This document shows, in pieces, positions 30,962-40,351 of a stretch of 64,000 nt of DNA. The notes beneath the pieces are model-generated. The model saw only the letters and a list, made by a program, of their open reading frames with translations, searched no databases and had not been told where the DNA came from. Source of the stretch: an uncultured delta proteobacterium. Its GTDB lineage: Bacteria > Desulfobacterota > Binatia > UBA9968. Each line of letters begins with the position of its first letter. Within the stretch, counting starts at the first letter, position 1. A program made the position numbers and the translations under genes. The stretch is from the NCBI GenBank assembly GCA_963847445.1, contig CAWJZV010000030.1, forward strand, positions 128,001 through 192,000, given 5' to 3'.

Positions 30962-32410
30962 TTAGTGATTTCCGGAATGAGCCGGCGGCATACTCGCGCG
31001 TTTTTCGGCGACATCGATGCCGTCTCGCGCCAACTCTGCTTCACTCGCCTTCATTGCCACCGTTCCCGCCGGATGATCGTACCAGCCGGGATCGTCGTCG
31101 TAACTCTTTAGCCGGTCGCGCACCTTGAGCAGCGTCATCATGCCGCCCATCGAAATATAGTCGCCAAACGGTCCCGCTTTGCCTTTCATCGAAATGGTAT
31201 TTTTCGGCATCGGCATGAGCTCCGCCATTCGCCCCATGTCCATGCCCTCATGTCCCATGGTCATGTAGGCGGGCAGCAGCGGGCGGAGCTTTTCATCCAA
31301 ACCCTCCGGCTTGACTCCAACCAGGTTAGGAAACTGATGGCCCATCTGATTCATCACGTGATGAGTCATGTGGCAGTGCAGCGCCCAATCGCCCGGCGCG
31401 TCGGCGATGAATTCGAGGTTGCGCGTCTGGCCGACGCCGACGAGCACCGTGGTCTCGGGCCACTGGGCTGAAAGCGGGATATTTTCACCGTCGGTAGCGG
31501 TGACACGAAAATGATAGCCGTGGATGTGCAGCGGATGGTGGCTCATGGCGCTCAAGTTACCGATCCGCAATCTGACTTTGTCGCCGGTTTTACAGACCAA
31601 TGGCGCCGTCGACGGAAACACTTTGCCGTTGATGGTTAGGACATTCGCATCGTTCATCTTTAGCGTATTGGGCCGCGCCGTGCCGGCTTCGATCACCCAC
31701 TCGCTTAGGAGCAAGGCGAAATCGCGATCGACGAAATGCTCCGCTGGAGGATTTCGCGGATGCACCACGAACATGCCGATCATTCCCATGCCCATCTGGG
31801 TCATCTCGTCGTGGTGCGCATGGTACATCAAGGTGCCATGCTGGCGCAGGGTCCATTCGTATTTCACCGTGTCGCCGGGCTTGATGTAAGGCTGAGTCAG
31901 CCCGCCGACGCCGTCCATACCGTTGGGCAAATAGAACCCATGCCAGTGAATCGCTGTCGCCACGGACAATCGGTTGGTGACATAGATGCGAATCCGTTCG
32001 CCTTCCACGGCTTCGATAACCGTACCGTTGACCCGGCCATTGAAGCCCCAACACTTCGCCCGCAGACCGGCATCGAAAAAATGGTCCACTTCTTCGGTGA
32101 TGAGATGAAAGACCTTGACGCCGTCAACCACTTTAAAAGAAAGCGCACCGCCGTTTGGAACCACGACAGGTTTATAACCCTTGCCGGGTAAAACCGCTGG
32201 CAACGCTTTTACGTCGATCGGCCCGCCGCTGTAACTCTTCTCCCAGTAGGCCCGGTTAACCGACTTCGATTGCCCTGGTGACGGCTGATACGACGACGGG
32301 TCGCTGGCATGAGATTTCGCCTGGCCGTCTTTTCCCAAGAGCGCAACGCCGCCGGCTAGGGTAGCCGCGCCGATAGTCAGTATGTGCCGCCGTGAGATCT
32401 TTTTATCCAT
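30962..32410 (-). CDS. Tat-exported multicopper oxidase
   Basis: SRRHIL Tat signal; HWHG, MYHAH, HPLHIHG and HCHMTHHVMNQM copper ligands; Met-rich tail. Confidence 0.95.
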   Translation of the reverse strand: MDKKISRRHILTIGAATLAGGVALLGKDGQAKSHASDPSSYQPSPGQSKSVNRAYWEKSYSGGPIDVKALPAVLPGKGYKPVVVPNGGALSFKVVDGVKVFHLITEEVDHFFDAGLRAKCWGFNGRVNGTVIEAVEGERIRIYVTNRLSVATAIHWHGFYLPNGMDGVGGLTQPYIKPGDTVKYEWTLRQHGTLMYHAHHDEMTQMGMGMIGMFVVHPRNPPAEHFVDRDFALLLSEWVIEAGTARPNTLKMNDANVLTINGKVFPSTAPLVCKTGDKVRLRIGNLSAMSHHPLHIHGYHFRVTATDGENIPLSAQWPETTVLVGVGQTRNLEFIADAPGDWALHCHMTHHVMNQMGHQFPNLVGVKPEGLDEKLRPLLPAYMTMGHEGMDMGRMAELMPMPKNTISMKGKAGPFGDYISMGGMMTLLKVRDRLKSYDDDPGWYDHPAGTVAMKASEAELARDGIDVAEKRASMPPAHSGNH

Positions 32411-32425
32411 GACACGCCCCTTCGG

Positions 32426-33862
32426 TTAATGGCCTTCGGGATTACGCCCTGGTGTACGAGCGCCCGGCATTGCGCCACCGGCCTCGCCCGCCCGCGCACC
32501 GTCGCCTACCAACAATCGACCGCTCAAGAGCTGCGCTAACTCCGTCCGAGCCAACCAATAGTCACGCAGCACTTCGACATAGGCAGCACCGGTCTCGATC
32601 TGCTGCTCACGCGCGCGCAGCAATTGAATGGGTCCAAGTTGCATCGCGTTGTAGTGCAACTGCGTTTCGTGAACGATGCGCTCATGAAGTGGCAGCATGA
32701 TGTCGCGATAATATAATGCGCGATCCCGCGTCCCCTGCACTCGGTCTCGCAGCGCCCGCGCGGTGGCGCGAATTTTCACGGCGAGGGAGTAGTATTCCTG
32801 CTGGGCGCGTCTGAGCTCCGCGGCGGCACGGCCGGTGCGCGCCTGTCCCTGATCAAACAGCGGAATGGGAAACTCCAGCACTGGCCCGACTTCCCACGCT
32901 CCATCGGTACGCTCTCCCAGCGCGCCGAGGTGCGATTCGGGAATCAGAGCTGTGGCTTTGTTCAGTCCTAGCTGCTCACCGGCGGATACGAGACGTTGCC
33001 GGGCATGCAAAAGATCGACACTGCGGCTCAGCGCGACACGTTCGATATCCTCCGTCTGGATCGGCTGCTGCGGTATTTCGGGTAATCGTTGGTCAGTTTG
33101 CCACTCGGTCTGTTTTCCCCAGAGACCCATCAGAATGTTCAGATCTTCACGGCTTCGCCGGACGGCGACCTCGACCGATCGGAGCGCCAATTTGCCGCCC
33201 TCCAGCAGCGCCCTTTCCCGGGCAAAGTCGAGGTCGCTGATATTGCCCGCTTCATGAAGCCGTCGCGCGACGTCAAATGACCCGGTCAGCCCCTGTACTA
33301 TCGTCCGCCGCAGGTCGAGCATTTGCTCATTTGCCTGATGCACATAGAAGGCGGTTCGAACTCGTACCGCAAAGTCCAGCACCAATCCGCCTACCCGGGT
33401 TTTCGCCGCCTCGAAGCGGGCGGTCGCCACGCGCCGGCGCAGCGGCAAATAAAGAATATCGAGAAAATTCATGACCGCGGCGAGTTCCAGGTCCGGCCGG
33501 CCACCGTCGGGTATGGGCCATTTTATCGACGCATCGAAGATCGGATTACTGAGCAGTCCGGCTTGTACCAGGTCTGCCTGTGCGACACCTAGATCCGAAT
33601 AAATGGCTTGGAGCTCGCGATTGTTGAGCAAGGCGATCTGGGCGGCGTCATCGACCGTTAGTCTGTTTTTAAGTAACAAACCAAGTTTCTCAGTGGCTTC
33701 TTTATCTAAATCAGTGCCGTTGTGCCAAAAGACTTGGAGTCCGCTCCGTTCTTCGACCAAAGCGCCGACCTCGGGAAAGCCGGCATTGAGGCTTATCGTC
33801 GTACAGCCGCTGAGAAAAACCAGCGAAGAAAACAGTATTGTTGCGTTGCTTAGCCAAAGCAT
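32426..33862 (-). CDS. TolC family outer-membrane lipoprotein (copper-oxidase-associated)
   Basis: Lipobox LSGC; QIALLNNRELQA, ADLVQAGLLSNP, PIPLFDQGQ, HYNAMQLG, RDYWLAR. Confidence 0.9.
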   Translation of the reverse strand: MLWLSNATILFSSLVFLSGCTTISLNAGFPEVGALVEERSGLQVFWHNGTDLDKEATEKLGLLLKNRLTVDDAAQIALLNNRELQAIYSDLGVAQADLVQAGLLSNPIFDASIKWPIPDGGRPDLELAAVMNFLDILYLPLRRRVATARFEAAKTRVGGLVLDFAVRVRTAFYVHQANEQMLDLRRTIVQGLTGSFDVARRLHEAGNISDLDFARERALLEGGKLALRSVEVAVRRSREDLNILMGLWGKQTEWQTDQRLPEIPQQPIQTEDIERVALSRSVDLLHARQRLVSAGEQLGLNKATALIPESHLGALGERTDGAWEVGPVLEFPIPLFDQGQARTGRAAAELRRAQQEYYSLAVKIRATARALRDRVQGTRDRALYYRDIMLPLHERIVHETQLHYNAMQLGPIQLLRAREQQIETGAAYVEVLRDYWLARTELAQLLSGRLLVGDGARAGEAGGAMPGARTPGRNPEGH

Positions 33863-33881
33863 TCCTGCGGTCTCCTCATGT

Positions 33882-34343
33882 CTACTTGATCTTTTCGATC
33901 TTGATAATGGCCTTGTTCGGCACGTCGATGGTAAAACGAATTCTGTCACCAAACTTAAGTCCCTCTAAAAGACTGGATGGTTCCGCCCGATAGCCCATCG
34001 TCATAGCTTCCATGAAGCCCTTTATTTCGCCGTGCTCGACGACGATCTGGCTGGCGTTTGGCACGGTCGTGACAACTTTACCCTCGCCCTCTACGGTCTG
34101 CTGTGCTGCCGCTGCGGCTGACGCACCATCCCGGCCTTCCTGCTTAACTGCCTTAGCTGTCGCGGGTCGTTGCGTTGGCATATCCGCCTGGGTGTATGCC
34201 AGCGTCAGCGAAGGCGCCTGGCGTGGCGCTGGCGCAGCGTCTCCATGAGCGGGATGGTTTTGGCTCAAGGATTGCGGCTGATACGCCGCACAGGCTGGAA
34301 ACGTGAACACACCCAGTAATAGTTTTAATATCTGTCGCTTCAT
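33882..34343 (-). CDS. CusF-like copper-binding lipoprotein
   Basis: FPAC lipobox-like; C-terminal EGEGKV...IVVEHGEIKGFMEAMTMGY...GDRIRF OB fold. Confidence 0.85.
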   Translation of the reverse strand: MKRQILKLLLGVFTFPACAAYQPQSLSQNHPAHGDAAPAPRQAPSLTLAYTQADMPTQRPATAKAVKQEGRDGASAAAAAQQTVEGEGKVVTTVPNASQIVVEHGEIKGFMEAMTMGYRAEPSSLLEGLKFGDRIRFTIDVPNKAIIKIEKIK

Positions 34344-34359
34344 GATTGACCTCAAAATT

Positions 34360-35046
34360 TCATTTCTTAGATTTTTCGATCTTGGTAATCACCCGTTTGC
34401 CGGTATCGATGGAGAAATTCACGAGGTCGCCCGGTCGCAATCCTTGAAGTTGCGTGGGCGATTCCAGCTTGTAGGCCATGGTCATCGCGTCCATGAAGCC
34501 TTTGATCTCTTCATGGTCGATGACCACTTCCTGTGACTGCCGCACCACGGCCACGATCTTGCCGAAACCGTTCACCGACTTGGCCAACGTCGGCGGTTTG
34601 AGTCCGGCCAAATAACTCGATAGATCGATCAACTCGCGCAGCGTCATACGCTCTAGATGATCCTTCGACATCGGCGAACTACCGTCGCGGTTGCGCAGAT
34701 TTCGTGGCACCACCGCGTTAGGATGGATCACCGACTCGGTGAAATATTCTAGCGGATGGAGCTGTCCCATTTGGCTCAACTCCGGCGCGCTGTCAGTGGG
34801 TTCCGGAAACGCCTCGCCATTGATCCGATGGCAGTAGTAGCACTCGAACTTTTCAAACACGGTGCGCCCTTTGGCTGTATCGCCCTTAGGCATAGTAAAG
34901 CGCCAATTGCGCGGATGATGCTGTTCAGCGGCCTGCGCGGCGCCTTGCCTCTTCGGTGCGCCAAGCTCGGCTGAATCGACGGTTGCCGCGCTGACAAAGA
35001 CCGCGAGCACCCAGCCAAAGCCCAGCGCCAATAATTTGTTCGACAT
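34360..35046 (-). CDS. Cytochrome c - CusF fusion protein
   Basis: Signal peptide; ECYYCH haem motif, APEL...SPM; C-terminal VIDHEEIKGFMDAMTMAY...PGDLVNF CusF domain. Confidence 0.85.
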   Translation of the reverse strand: MSNKLLALGFGWVLAVFVSAATVDSAELGAPKRQGAAQAAEQHHPRNWRFTMPKGDTAKGRTVFEKFECYYCHRINGEAFPEPTDSAPELSQMGQLHPLEYFTESVIHPNAVVPRNLRNRDGSSPMSKDHLERMTLRELIDLSSYLAGLKPPTLAKSVNGFGKIVAVVRQSQEVVIDHEEIKGFMDAMTMAYKLESPTQLQGLRPGDLVNFSIDTGKRVITKIEKSKK

Positions 35047-35085
35047 AGTTCTTCCCCAAAATCGCTAGGAGAAACGACTGGTCGG

Positions 35086-35146
35086 ACACGACCAATCGGT
35101 CGTGTGACACGAAAAATTGACTGAAAAAATTACCGCGAGCGCGGTA
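35086..35146 (-). terminator. Terminator/attenuator-like hairpin immediately after leader C stop, plus a second hairpin
   Basis: Minus strand TAA-TACCGC-GCTC-GCGGTA-ATTTTTT; then acacgacc/aatc/ggtcgtgt (35086-35105). Confidence 0.55.
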
Positions 35147-35551
35147 TTAGATGCGGATTACGGAAAGCAACAGATGACGCGAATTATGGGCTGAAACAAT
35201 CGGACCGGGCGGTCCGAGATCGAATCGAGAAGCGGAAGCGCCGAGTCCCTGGACTAACGGCGAGCACCGAAAGGATTCGTAACCGACAGATACACTGACA
35301 CGCGAGTTGGGGTCGATGGAGATACGCGGCCCGACGAGAAATTCACCGAACAGATTTGGGCAGTGGATTCTCCCTGCATCGGCATCGGCGGGTTGATGGT
35401 CGTGAGCGCTATCGTGACGATGTCCAACGGTACTGTCACCATGGTCGTGCCCCGCTGACGCTGTGAACAGATTCTCGCATCCGGCATAGGCCCAGACCGC
35501 CCCGGCGTAGAGAATCGAAAAGCAAACAGCGATGACAAACGCGCGTTTCAT
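35147..35551 (-). CDS. DUF2946/CutF-like leader protein C (134 aa)
   Basis: Signal ending VWAYAGC, GHDHGD...HRHDSAHDH, IHCP, C-terminus FDLGPPGP...RHLLLSVIRI*; heads the cytochrome c-cusF-tolC-MCO operon. Confidence 0.7.
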   Translation of the reverse strand: MKRAFVIAVCFSILYAGAVWAYAGCENLFTASAGHDHGDSTVGHRHDSAHDHQPADADAGRIHCPNLFGEFLVGPRISIDPNSRVSVSVGYESFRCSPLVQGLGASASRFDLGPPGPIVSAHNSRHLLLSVIRI

Positions 35552-35592
35552 ATCCAAGTGCGATCAAAGCTAGCAAGCGCACCACGCCTGTT

Positions 35593-36375
35593 TCAAGTTG
35601 CCAACCGCGCCGGACGAAAGACCAGCATAACGACTCCGACGGCGACGAGTAAAAGACTGAACCACTGCGCCTCGGAAAAGCCAAATCCAACCGCGGGATT
35701 GATGCGCCAGAACTCGACCAAGAAGCGCATCAGGCCGGCGAGAATTAAATAGAGCCAAGCGATGGTACCCGGCACCAGCGCTTTTTTGCGCAGCGACCAG
35801 AGCACTGCGAAGACAAATACGCCTTGGAGAAATTCATAAATGGGCGTCGGATGGACCAGCACGCCGGGCGCATAAGGAACACCGGTGTAGGGATTGGCCC
35901 AACCGACAATCGCCTTAGTATAAGCCACGCCCCAGGGCATGTCGGTTACCGCGCCCCAATCGCCGTCGCCGGCGAAGTGACAGCCGACCCGGCCGACGCC
36001 GTAGGCCAGCGCCAACGCCGGCGCGCCGATATCGACGCCAGCCAGCCATGGGATTTTGTTTTTCCGAACCACCCAACTCGCCGCCAGGGCGCCGCCAAAG
36101 AATCCGCCGTACCAGGTAAATCCCGCGCCGGTGAGGATGTAATTCATCGGCGCAGCAAGAAAACCCTGCCACTCTTCAATGATAAACAGCAAACGCGCGC
36201 CGACCAGACCGCCGATAGCCGCCGCGAACACCATGGTCGAAGCGATCTCAGGATTGTGGCCGCGCCGCTTGAGTTCGACACTGACCAGCCAGACCGCGGT
36301 CAACGCGGCTAGCGCCATGAATGCGCCGAAACTGTAAATGGTCAGCGGGCCAAGTTGGAAAATAATTGGATACAT
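35593..36375 (-). CDS. lgt: Prolipoprotein diacylglyceryl transferase
   Basis: MYPIIF, GGLVGARL, GFTWYGG, GRVGCHFAG, HPTPIYE, RFLVEFWR. Confidence 0.95.
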   Translation of the reverse strand: MYPIIFQLGPLTIYSFGAFMALAALTAVWLVSVELKRRGHNPEIASTMVFAAAIGGLVGARLLFIIEEWQGFLAAPMNYILTGAGFTWYGGFFGGALAASWVVRKNKIPWLAGVDIGAPALALAYGVGRVGCHFAGDGDWGAVTDMPWGVAYTKAIVGWANPYTGVPYAPGVLVHPTPIYEFLQGVFVFAVLWSLRKKALVPGTIAWLYLILAGLMRFLVEFWRINPAVGFGFSEAQWFSLLLVAVGVVMLVFRPARLAT

Positions 36376-36421
36376 GAAGACGCCTCGGCAAAACTAACAG
36401 ATTGTTTGGGTAAAAGCAGCA

Positions 36422-37141
36422 CTACCGCTTCTTTTCCAGTGACAAGATCACTTCGACAGCCGTCGTGCCATTGTCACGGACAACGATGCGTTGCGACTGC
36501 CGACCCAGCCGTTCGTGCCAGATTACTAATTCGTAGCTGCCGTCTGGTATGTCATCGAATTGAAACTCGCCTTTTTCGTTGCTCACGTAGGAGTAAGGAC
36601 TGTCAGTGACAATAATCACCGCGCTCATCCAGGTATGCAGCACGTCGCAGTCGATCCTGATGACTCCGGCGCGGTCGAGCCGCTTGGTTACCTGGCGCCA
36701 TTTCGGCAGTCCGACATTGAACAGCGTCTCCCGTCCCAAGCGTGCGTGCACGGTGTGGAGGATCGGATCGCTATTCTTGAGCAAGAGCTCGCTGCCAAGC
36801 GGGGCAACTTGAACATGGGGGGTAAAGGCGCAATGTTGATTGTCGAGAACAAGTTTTTTCGGCTGCGCCACGGTGCCACCACTGAGCGGTCTTAGAATCA
36901 CTGCGGCGTTACGCAAGCGCCCGTCAGCGCCAACCAGCAAAGTCTCGTTGGCCACCGTCGCGCCGCAAAATGAGCGGCTTTTGAACACCGGCAGCGGCTT
37001 GGGCTTGTCCGCTACTCCGGCGACGCTGACGATGCCGACAACCTTACCCCGGGCCATGCTATCCGCCGCCGCGGCAAGGATCGCGCCGTTGAACAGGAGC
37101 CACGCGAGCGAACAGAAGACGATAAATCTAGTTGTGATCAT
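36422..37141 (-). CDS. Exported cupredoxin-like/carboxypeptidase-regulatory-like domain protein
   Basis: Signal peptide; LDNQHCAFTPHV, NSDPILHTVH, CDVLHTWMSA, PDGSYELVIWHE. Confidence 0.75.
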   Translation of the reverse strand: MITTRFIVFCSLAWLLFNGAILAAAADSMARGKVVGIVSVAGVADKPKPLPVFKSRSFCGATVANETLLVGADGRLRNAAVILRPLSGGTVAQPKKLVLDNQHCAFTPHVQVAPLGSELLLKNSDPILHTVHARLGRETLFNVGLPKWRQVTKRLDRAGVIRIDCDVLHTWMSAVIIVTDSPYSYVSNEKGEFQFDDIPDGSYELVIWHERLGRQSQRIVVRDNGTTAVEVILSLEKKR

Positions 37142-37216
37142 TAATCTAATTGTTGAGACCAGAACGCTTCTCTGTTAACAATTTCGATTCTACGTCAAGG
37201 CTCGATCGAAACACCA

Positions 37217-37654
37217 GTGCGCACGGTAATTCAAAGAGTCAGCGAGGCGAGCGTCACCGTGGGCGGCCAATCCGTCGGCGGCATCGGTGCCGGGTTATGC
37301 ATTTTTCTTGGCGTCGGCAAAGACGATAATTCAGAAAAGGCCGCAGGCCTCGCCGACAAGGTGATCAATCTGCGCATTTTCGAAGACGAGTTGGGCAAAA
37401 TGAATCGCTCAGTGTCGGATATCGGCGGCGCGGTCCTGGTGGTTTCCCAGTTCACTCTGTATGCCGACTGTCGCAAAGGCAATCGGCCATCGTTTACCGA
37501 CGCCGCGCCACCACGACTGGCGCAGGAGCTCTACCAGGAGTTCGCCAATCGTCTGCGCGCTGCCGGCCTAAGCGTTGCCACCGGCCAATTTCAAGCCCAT
37601 ATGAAAGTGACCCTGGTCAACGACGGGCCGGTGACCTTGGTTTTGGAAAACTAA
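37217..37654 (+). CDS. dtd: D-aminoacyl-tRNA deacylase
   Basis: [29 protein letters not shown]. Confidence 0.97.
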   Translation: MRTVIQRVSEASVTVGGQSVGGIGAGLCIFLGVGKDDNSEKAAGLADKVINLRIFEDELGKMNRSVSDIGGAVLVVSQFTLYADCRKGNRPSFTDAAPPRLAQELYQEFANRLRAAGLSVATGQFQAHMKVTLVNDGPVTLVLEN

Positions 37655-37656
37655 CC

Positions 37657-38109
37657 ATGCAGGTCGTGCTCTTCGAACCGGAGATTCCGCCCAACACCGG
37701 CAGTGTCGCGCGCCTATGCGCCGCGACGCTGACGCCGCTGCATTTGATCGAGCCCCTGGGCTTCAAGATCGACGACAAGCATCTCAAACGGGCCGGTCTC
37801 GACTATTGGCCCTTCGTCGATCTTCATGTGCATAAGGACTGGCAGCAGTTTCTCGACCAGGTGAAACCGGCAAGGCTGCTCTATTTCACCAAGAAGGCGG
37901 AACAGTCTTACACCTCTATACGATATCGCGAAGGTGACTTTCTCGTCTTCGGTCCGGAGACCCGCGGCTTGCCGGCGCAGCTGTGGCAGGACCTGGCCGC
38001 GTGCGCGCTGCGCATCCCGATGAGCGGCACAGGAGTGCGCAGTTTGAATTTATCCAACGCGGTTTCCATCGTGCTCTATGAAGGGTTGCGCCAGTTAGGC
38101 AGAACTTAA
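37657..38109 (+). CDS. trmL: tRNA (cytidine/uridine-34 2'-O)-methyltransferase
   Basis: EPEIPPNTG, LIEPLGF, KRAGLDYW, FGPETRGL, RSLNLSNAV. Confidence 0.96.
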   Translation: MQVVLFEPEIPPNTGSVARLCAATLTPLHLIEPLGFKIDDKHLKRAGLDYWPFVDLHVHKDWQQFLDQVKPARLLYFTKKAEQSYTSIRYREGDFLVFGPETRGLPAQLWQDLAACALRIPMSGTGVRSLNLSNAVSIVLYEGLRQLGRT

Positions 38110-38187
38110 TTTATCTTAAGGCCTTGACGGTGAAACTGAGAATGGTTAATTATCGGCAACAAATTTGTCCCGGAGGGGGTTGAATAT

Positions 38188-39417
38188 ATGAGGGTTTGGG
38201 CTGTCAGAAGTCGCCCGTCGATGGTCTTCGCGTCGCTTGCGCTGGTTTGGTTCGCCGCGGCCGGTTTTCTTGCCAACGGATACGCCGCTGAAGCGGACAC
38301 ATCTCCCCCGCCAAAGGAAACTTTCAATCTGATCTTGCCGTTCAAGAATCTCACGGTCGGCCAAGGCCAAGAAGTGACGATGGATACCGAGATCGTCAAC
38401 CGGCGCAAGGATCCCGTCGAGGTTTCATTAACTCTAGATTCCGTGCCCAAGGGATGGGACGCTGCCTTCAATTCGCGCTATCCAAGCTTTCCGATCCGCT
38501 CGGTACAGGTCCAGGGCGAAAAGTCGACCACCGTTGAATTTAAAGGCAAAATCCCCGAAGCGACTAAGCCCGGCGTTTACCAAATCAAAGTTACTGCCAA
38601 GGACAACAATGGTTCAACCCAGTATGTCGAGAGTCTAAATATCACCGTCACTTCGAAGAAAGTTGATACCGGCGGCCTCAAGCTAACCAGCCAGTATCCG
38701 GTGCTCAGCACCGGCTCCGGCCAGACGCTCAAGTTCACCGTCGACCTTAAGAACGAAACCAACAAACCGCTGACCACATCGCTGGCGGCTCAGACCCCGC
38801 CAGGTTGGACGCTGCGCTTCAAACCGCAGTTCGGCGACCAGCAAATCTCGTCGATCCAACTTAAAGAGAGCGGCTCGGAAACCCTTAGCGTCGAGATCGA
38901 CACACCGATAAAAGCCGATGCCAAAGAACAACCGATCACGGTAACCGCGCGCTCCGGTGCGTTTGAGGCTTCGGCAACTGTCAAAGTCAGCCTCAAGGGC
39001 ACCCAGGATTTGAAGATGGGCTCTCTGGCCGGCACCTTGAACACTTCCGTCACCTCAGGCAAGAAATCTCCCGTCGATTTCGTTGTCGGCAATGCCGGCA
39101 CTGCGCCGATTCGTAACTTGAGCTTCGTCACCAAAAAGCCCAGCGACAAGTGGACCGTCGAGTTCAAGCCCGATAAGATCGACCTCATCGAGCCCGGCCA
39201 GGTGCGAGAGATCAAGATGGAAGTCCTGGCGCCGGACCGCACCATCGCCGGCGATTACCTGATGACGCTGACCGCCAACTCGCCGGAAGTCACCAAGTCG
39301 GTGGAGTTCCGCGTCACCGTATCGACACCGACGATCTGGGGCTGGATCGGCTTCGGCATCGTTGGCTTGGTCGTGCTTGGACTCGCCATCGTATTTTTCC
39401 GCTTAGGGCGTAGATGA
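38188..39417 (+). CDS. NEW3/COG1470-like membrane-anchored Ig-repeat protein associated with an ABC exporter
   Basis: Signal peptide, three repeated beta-sandwich units (PKGW, PPGW, SDKW), C-terminal TM WGWIGFGIV...FFRLGRR. Confidence 0.82.
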   Translation: MRVWAVRSRPSMVFASLALVWFAAAGFLANGYAAEADTSPPPKETFNLILPFKNLTVGQGQEVTMDTEIVNRRKDPVEVSLTLDSVPKGWDAAFNSRYPSFPIRSVQVQGEKSTTVEFKGKIPEATKPGVYQIKVTAKDNNGSTQYVESLNITVTSKKVDTGGLKLTSQYPVLSTGSGQTLKFTVDLKNETNKPLTTSLAAQTPPGWTLRFKPQFGDQQISSIQLKESGSETLSVEIDTPIKADAKEQPITVTARSGAFEASATVKVSLKGTQDLKMGSLAGTLNTSVTSGKKSPVDFVVGNAGTAPIRNLSFVTKKPSDKWTVEFKPDKIDLIEPGQVREIKMEVLAPDRTIAGDYLMTLTANSPEVTKSVEFRVTVSTPTIWGWIGFGIVGLVVLGLAIVFFRLGRR

Positions 39418-40347
39418 GCACGGTTGTCGACACCAAAAATCTCAGCAAGCGCTACCGCGAAAAGCTCGCGGTCAACGCGCTCAATCTGACCATTGAGGAG
39501 GGTGAAGTCTTCGGCTTCCTCGGCCCCAATGGCGCGGGCAAGACCACAACCATCTTGATGCTTCTGGGCTTGACGGAACCGACATCCGGCGAAGTCTCGG
39601 TGTGCGGTTTCAACCCGACCAGCCAGTCCCTCGAAGTCAAAAAGCGCGTCGGCTATTTGCCGGAGAGTCCCGGCTTCTACGACGATCTCAGCGCGCGCGA
39701 AAACTTGCTCTACATGGCTCGGCTCAACCGCATTCCGGAAGAGGAAGCGCGCCGCCGCACCGCCGAGGTCTTAGACCAGGTCGGGTTGCCGGATGATGGC
39801 CGCCGCCTGGTTAAAGAGTTCTCACGCGGCATGAAACAGCGCTTGGGCATCGCCGAGGTACTGGTAAAAAAACCCACGGCGATTATTCTCGATGAACCGA
39901 CCCTGGGGATCGACCCCGACGGTGCGATCAGAATCCTCGAATTAATCAGGGATCTGAATCGCGATCACGGCTTGACCGTCATGCTCTCGTCGCACCACCT
40001 CCAGCAAGTCCAGCAAATCTGTAGTCGCGTCGGCATCATCGTCAAAGGCAAGCTGATCGTCCAAGGCGCGATGGACACGCTCGGCAGAGCGATCTTGAAA
40101 GGCCGGGAATGGAACTTCCTGCTCGAAGTGACCGGCAACACCGACGGCCTAGAGCGGGATCTGCAGAGCATTAACGGCGTCGATGAAATCGAAAAACGCA
40201 GCCCATGGATGGTTTCTCCGCTGCACCGACGACGTTCGGCGCGAAGTGCTATCCGTGGTTACGCGGCGGGGACTGAACTTGTTGCAGCTTCGCTCCGAAG
40301 ACCCGACCCTGGAAGAGATTTACCTAAAATATTTTCGCGAGGCGTAA
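39414..40347 (+). CDS. ABC exporter ATP-binding subunit (frameshift ~40205)
   Basis: GPNGAGKTT, FSRGMKQRL, ILDEPT, SSH; true end EDPTLEEIYLKYFREA*. Confidence 0.93.
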
Positions 40348-40351
40348 ATAA

